NCBI GenBank assembly: GCA_036172245.1
Contig: JAYWIR010000002.1
Coordinates: 1,426,001 to 1,490,000, forward strand
DNA from: Raillietiella orientalis
Taxonomy: Eukaryota
Direction: 5' to 3'
DNA: 64,000 bases
In this document: positions 60,201 through 64,000 of the stretch, piece after piece
Layout: each line of letters opens with the position of its first letter
How positions within the stretch are numbered: position 1 is the stretch's first letter
Notes under the pieces: generated by a model
Database searches by the model: none
What the model was told of the DNA's origin: nothing
Seen by the model: the letters and a program-made list of their open reading frames with translations, nothing else
Made by a program: the position numbers and the translations under genes

Positions 60201-63200
60201 GGAGGGGAGTCGACTCGGAAGGTCTCCGTGAAGCTGCTCTGGACCGATGCGCGCAGCTTGTCGTCCGGTCAGGGGGGAGAACTGGGAGCGCACCTGTAGG
60301 AAGCGCGCGAGCTCGCGGTACCCTCCCAGAGTCGCACTCATCCCCTTTTCCTCATCCTGGGAGGATTTAGGCCGTCCCCGCGACGCCGCTCTTTGGGAAG
60401 GGACGAGGAGAAAAGAAGGGGGAATTTCCACCCACGGGAAGCGAATCCTGGCGTGGCCTCACTCGGAGGGAGCAGAGCATCCTCTCCCGGTTGAAGGACA
60501 CGCGGTCCGCTGGCGGTAGAGAGAGCATGAAGGGATGCCCCGATGCGCGCGCGACCTAGGGACCGCTGCACGAAGCGCGCGGGAGCGACTAGCGGGTGAG
60601 TAGACGGCGGGGGGAACGGGGGAAAGGCAGAGCGAGGAAGTCCTTCCCGGACTCTCCCCCTCGCAATCCTTCCCCTTTCGCTCGGGCACTCCTGAGAGCG
60701 ACATGCAGCTCCGGACGGAGCGACCGTTCCCGCGGATGGCCTTGGGAGGTCCCTCTCCCTACCGGTGGAAGAGGAAAGCCCCTGGTCGCCTTGCGGCACT
60801 CGAGGAGTCCTTTCCTCAGAGGAATGGGGGCAGGAGGGAGGGAAGACAAGAAGAAACGCCGCTGGCAGGGGGCGCGCGCATACTTAAGCGGCGGTGGTCC
60901 CTTCGGCCACCGCGTCGTGGCCGACCGAGAGCGCGCTCCCGAGTGGCGCGGCAGGAGGGTGGCGGCGGGGAGGAGGGAGGGGGAGGAAGTTCCGTCCTGT
61001 CCCTGGAGCGAGGAGAGGACGCGAGGATGGGGGATTGGGGGGTGGCGCCGCTCCCACGGTTCCGGAGGACGCACCAGGTGTGAGAAATGGGGAGAGGGGA
61101 AGGGGAGGAGGGAAGTTGCTCCTTCGAGCTTCAGCCGGGAGGAGGAGGCGGGGTGGGTGGAAGGATGTGCTGCACTGCGTCTCCTTCCGAAGGCACTCCC
61201 AGACCGCGTCCAGGATTTCGCTGCCGAGACCACAGCGCCCCAAGCGGCTTTGGCGGCAAAACGGGGAAACCCGGGATGCGCGAACGCGCTCGTTGCGCAA
61301 GCGTACGGCTGCCGCGTGCGCGCAACCAGTTGGTGTGCTCGGTAGGGCGACAACACGGTGACCGCGCCACGAGTGCGTTCCGCCCGTGCTCCTGTGCGGG
61401 CGCGCGCATCCACTTGCGCACAGCCTATCCGCGGGGAACGCCGTCCGCAACGCAATCTACGCGGGAACACGCGCGCCGCCCTCGCGAGCCTCCAGTTCGG
61501 GGTGAAGCCGGTCACCCACCCGCCAACCTCCAGGAGAAGGGACACCCGAGGAAGAGCGACTTGGCCTCGCGAAGTGCCCCTCCCTCCCATCCACGAGTGC
61601 CCGTAGCAAAGATGCTCCTCCGTGCAAGGGCCCGCTCGCTTCTGGTTCCTTCAGGAGAAGTCTGCGGCTTGGGGGTGACCGGGTTTACTCTTCCTCCTCC
61701 CCTATCTGTGCCGCCATCCCTCCACTCCGCTCTCCTCCTCCCCGAAGGATCTGTCTGCGGTTTCGGATTTCCCCTCCAGATAAAAAAAAGAAAGAAAGAA
61801 AAAGAAAAACGCCTCAGGAACTCTGACATCTTCTGCGAAGATACGGGATGCAATCCAACTGCAGGCCGAGCTTCCAAGGTATCGAGTTTCATGGATGTGA
61901 GAAGCTCGGGAACACAGCATTGGGGGGGTTTATCCTGCTCCGTTCAGGAACCGCGCGCGACGGGAAAGGGGGGAGCTGCGCGAGACTGCCTGGTTCGGCT
62001 TGGTGTGGCCGGGGAGCGGCCGTCGCTTTCAGGAGCCGGCGAGCGACGGAGCGACCTCCGTCCGTGGACGGTGGATGCCTCGTTCGGCGCCCCGCTTGCT
62101 TCTTCCCCTTTTTCTCCCGGGGAGCGGCTCGGCGCAGCTCCGTCGCCGGAGCAAACCTTGGTTCCCTGCAGACGCCTCGTGCCTGCCGCCGCCCTTTTGC
62201 TTTCGGGCGGGGCTCGCGCGCTCACCGGCCAAAGTCCCCTCGCCCCCTCCCTGCCCTCCATCGTCTTGGGAGGGGGGGGGGAGAGCTCCGGCACCTTAAG
62301 CCCCAGAAGGCTTGGGGAGTTGCTCAGGCAGGCGGAGAGCTTACGAGATGCCCGGACGGGAGCATCCGGCTGCGAGATGGAAGCGGTGGCCTCTGAAAAT
62401 GCATCTTCGGGTCCCTCGCACCTCCTCCGCAGCCAGGATCGTGCGCGGGAGCGAACGTAGCCGCACGCGCGTCTGGACCGCGCGTGCGCCGAAGTGCGCG
62501 TCCTCCTCCTAGCCTCCCTCGTACGCAGCCCCGTGGCAGAGGAATACGACGACTCCAAGGAGATGAAATAATGACGGCCAGCTTGGTGCTTCTTCCACTT
62601 TCGAAACTTGTGGGTAGTGGTCAACCCGGAACACCAATGAAAGTTGAGATTTTTACATGGGCACCGCGAAAAAAAATCAAAAAATAATAAAACAAAATAG
62701 AGAAGCTGGTTGCATATTATCATGGCGGGAGAATGTGTGCGTGTGTGAGAGAGAGAGAGCTGTAAATAGCATCGTAAAAATTTTACGGATTTGCATTTTT
62801 GGATGTGCATTATTTTCATCGTGTGTGTGTAATCGCAGTTCGCAACAAATGGACATAGAAAAAAACCTCCCACCTGTGCAAGCATCGTATTTCTTATTCC
62901 ACAAGGAAATAACAGTTGAACTTGTGTGCACTAACGTGACTCTGTTTAGAAGCAAGAACGGATGCGAATAATTCGATGCGATAATTTGATAGGTGTCTGT
63001 GTTGCGCATAATTTAAAATCTTGAGCATCCGAATTGCCGACTTGTCTGCGAAAAAAAAAGAAAAGGACATGGCTGCAACCGGGGAACAGACTCTGGTGCC
63101 ATTAACGATTTCGACATACCCGACGAGCGCCGTCCTTTGTTCGCTCCCGCTGTCAGGAGATAAAGACAAATATCAGCCTAAAAAAGGAAAAATGTACATC

Positions 63201-63202
63201 GT

Positions 63203-63292
63203 CCTTCGATAGCTCAGTTGGTAGAGCGGTGGACTGTAGATTATATCTAAGCGGTTATCCATAGGTCGCTGGTTCAAATCCGGCTCGAAGGA
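63203..63292 (+). tRNA. trnY-GTA: tRNA-Tyr(GTA) with a 17-nt intron (63240-63256)
   Basis: CCTTCGATAGCTCAGTTGGTAGAGCGGTGGACT-GTA-G[intron]ATCCATAGGTCGCTGGTTCAAATCCGGCTCGAAGGA forms a full cloverleaf with the intron at the canonical 37/38 position. Confidence 0.97.
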
Positions 63293-63295
63293 GAC

Positions 63296-63300
63296 TTTTT
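63296..63300 (+). terminator. Pol III oligo-T terminator of tRNA-Tyr
   Basis: TTTTT begins 4 nt after the discriminator base. Confidence 0.8.
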
Positions 63301-64000
63301 CTCGGCGAGCTCCGCGCGCTCCCCCACAGCGTTGCTTTTTTTTTTTTTTTTTTTTTTCCACGCGGCCTCGGGCCGCGCACGAGGAACGCAGAACGAGAGA
63401 GAGGAAAGAACGCGGCGGAATGGGATCGACGACAGAAACACCAGCACCAATCGATCTTTGCTGCTCCATCCGTCTTCCCTCCGAACCAGCAATCTGAGGG
63501 ACGCGGAGATGCGCGGGGATTCCATTAGCCGCTTTTCCAAAATTAGTGCGATCCTTGGACCACGACGATGTGCGTGTGATTGATGAAATCGTTAGGAAAT
63601 GCTGACTCCTTGTGGTGGACCAAAGCAATCGAGACGCTCGTCCTCGCCGGATCCCTGGCGGGGTCCCCGACGGAACACCGTGGCGACACCGCAGCAACGC
63701 CAACTTCTCTTGGACGTCCTCGCCTCGGTTCCTCCGATCGCTGCCCACTGTACTAGGGCCCATTCGCCGAATACAAAGTAGTACAATGAGCACACGCACG
63801 GGAGCATCGGGAGAAGATGCGTGTGTCACTGCGGCGGTGATCGATTGGCAATTCCGGTGTGAAAAGGAAGGGGGGAGGGGGGGAGGCTTCATTCACAATT
63901 TGACAAAATCCTTTTGAAACTTTCGGACGGATCCTTTCACAAACACGATGTGTAAATGCGATGGTCCCGACTCTTGTTTACGGTCTCCTCTCCAGAGAAA

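Noticed and set aside
61087-62460. 457-aa ORF
   Set aside because: Non-ATG start, no recognisable domain, crosses an A-rich tract, and is overlapped by similarly long ORFs on the other strand.
1-64000. CRISPR arrays, rRNA, prokaryotic operons or defence systems
   Set aside because: No regularly spaced repeats or rRNA motifs seen; the sequence is intron-containing eukaryotic DNA.

Overview
Eukaryotic, almost certainly arthropod, genomic DNA: it has GT-AG introns, an AA15 LPMO and an arthropod-type intron-containing tRNA-Tyr. There are two compartments. GC-rich, CpG-rich sequence (about 1-37 kb and 46.5-62.5 kb) is full of decayed retroelements and spurious long ORFs. An AT-richer gene island (about 37.1-46.5 kb) holds compact genes with introns of about 43-64 nt. 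Genes reconstructed by hand: a sarcospan-like tetraspan protein (-), a membrane-anchored AA15 lytic polysaccharide monooxygenase (+), NipSnap (-), a CCDC42/CFAP73-like protein (+) and tRNA-Tyr(GTA). Mobile elements: (1) an L1/Tx1-like non-LTR family with 4 copies; three end in a shared AATAAA plus stem-loop with no poly(A) tail and carry exact 14-15 bp target-site duplications; (2) a tRNA-derived SINE of about 600 bp with two B boxes (3 copies); (3) a decayed Ty1/copia-like remnant; (4) gag/ORF1-like fragments. All assignments come from motif recognition and manual alignment; no database searches were run.
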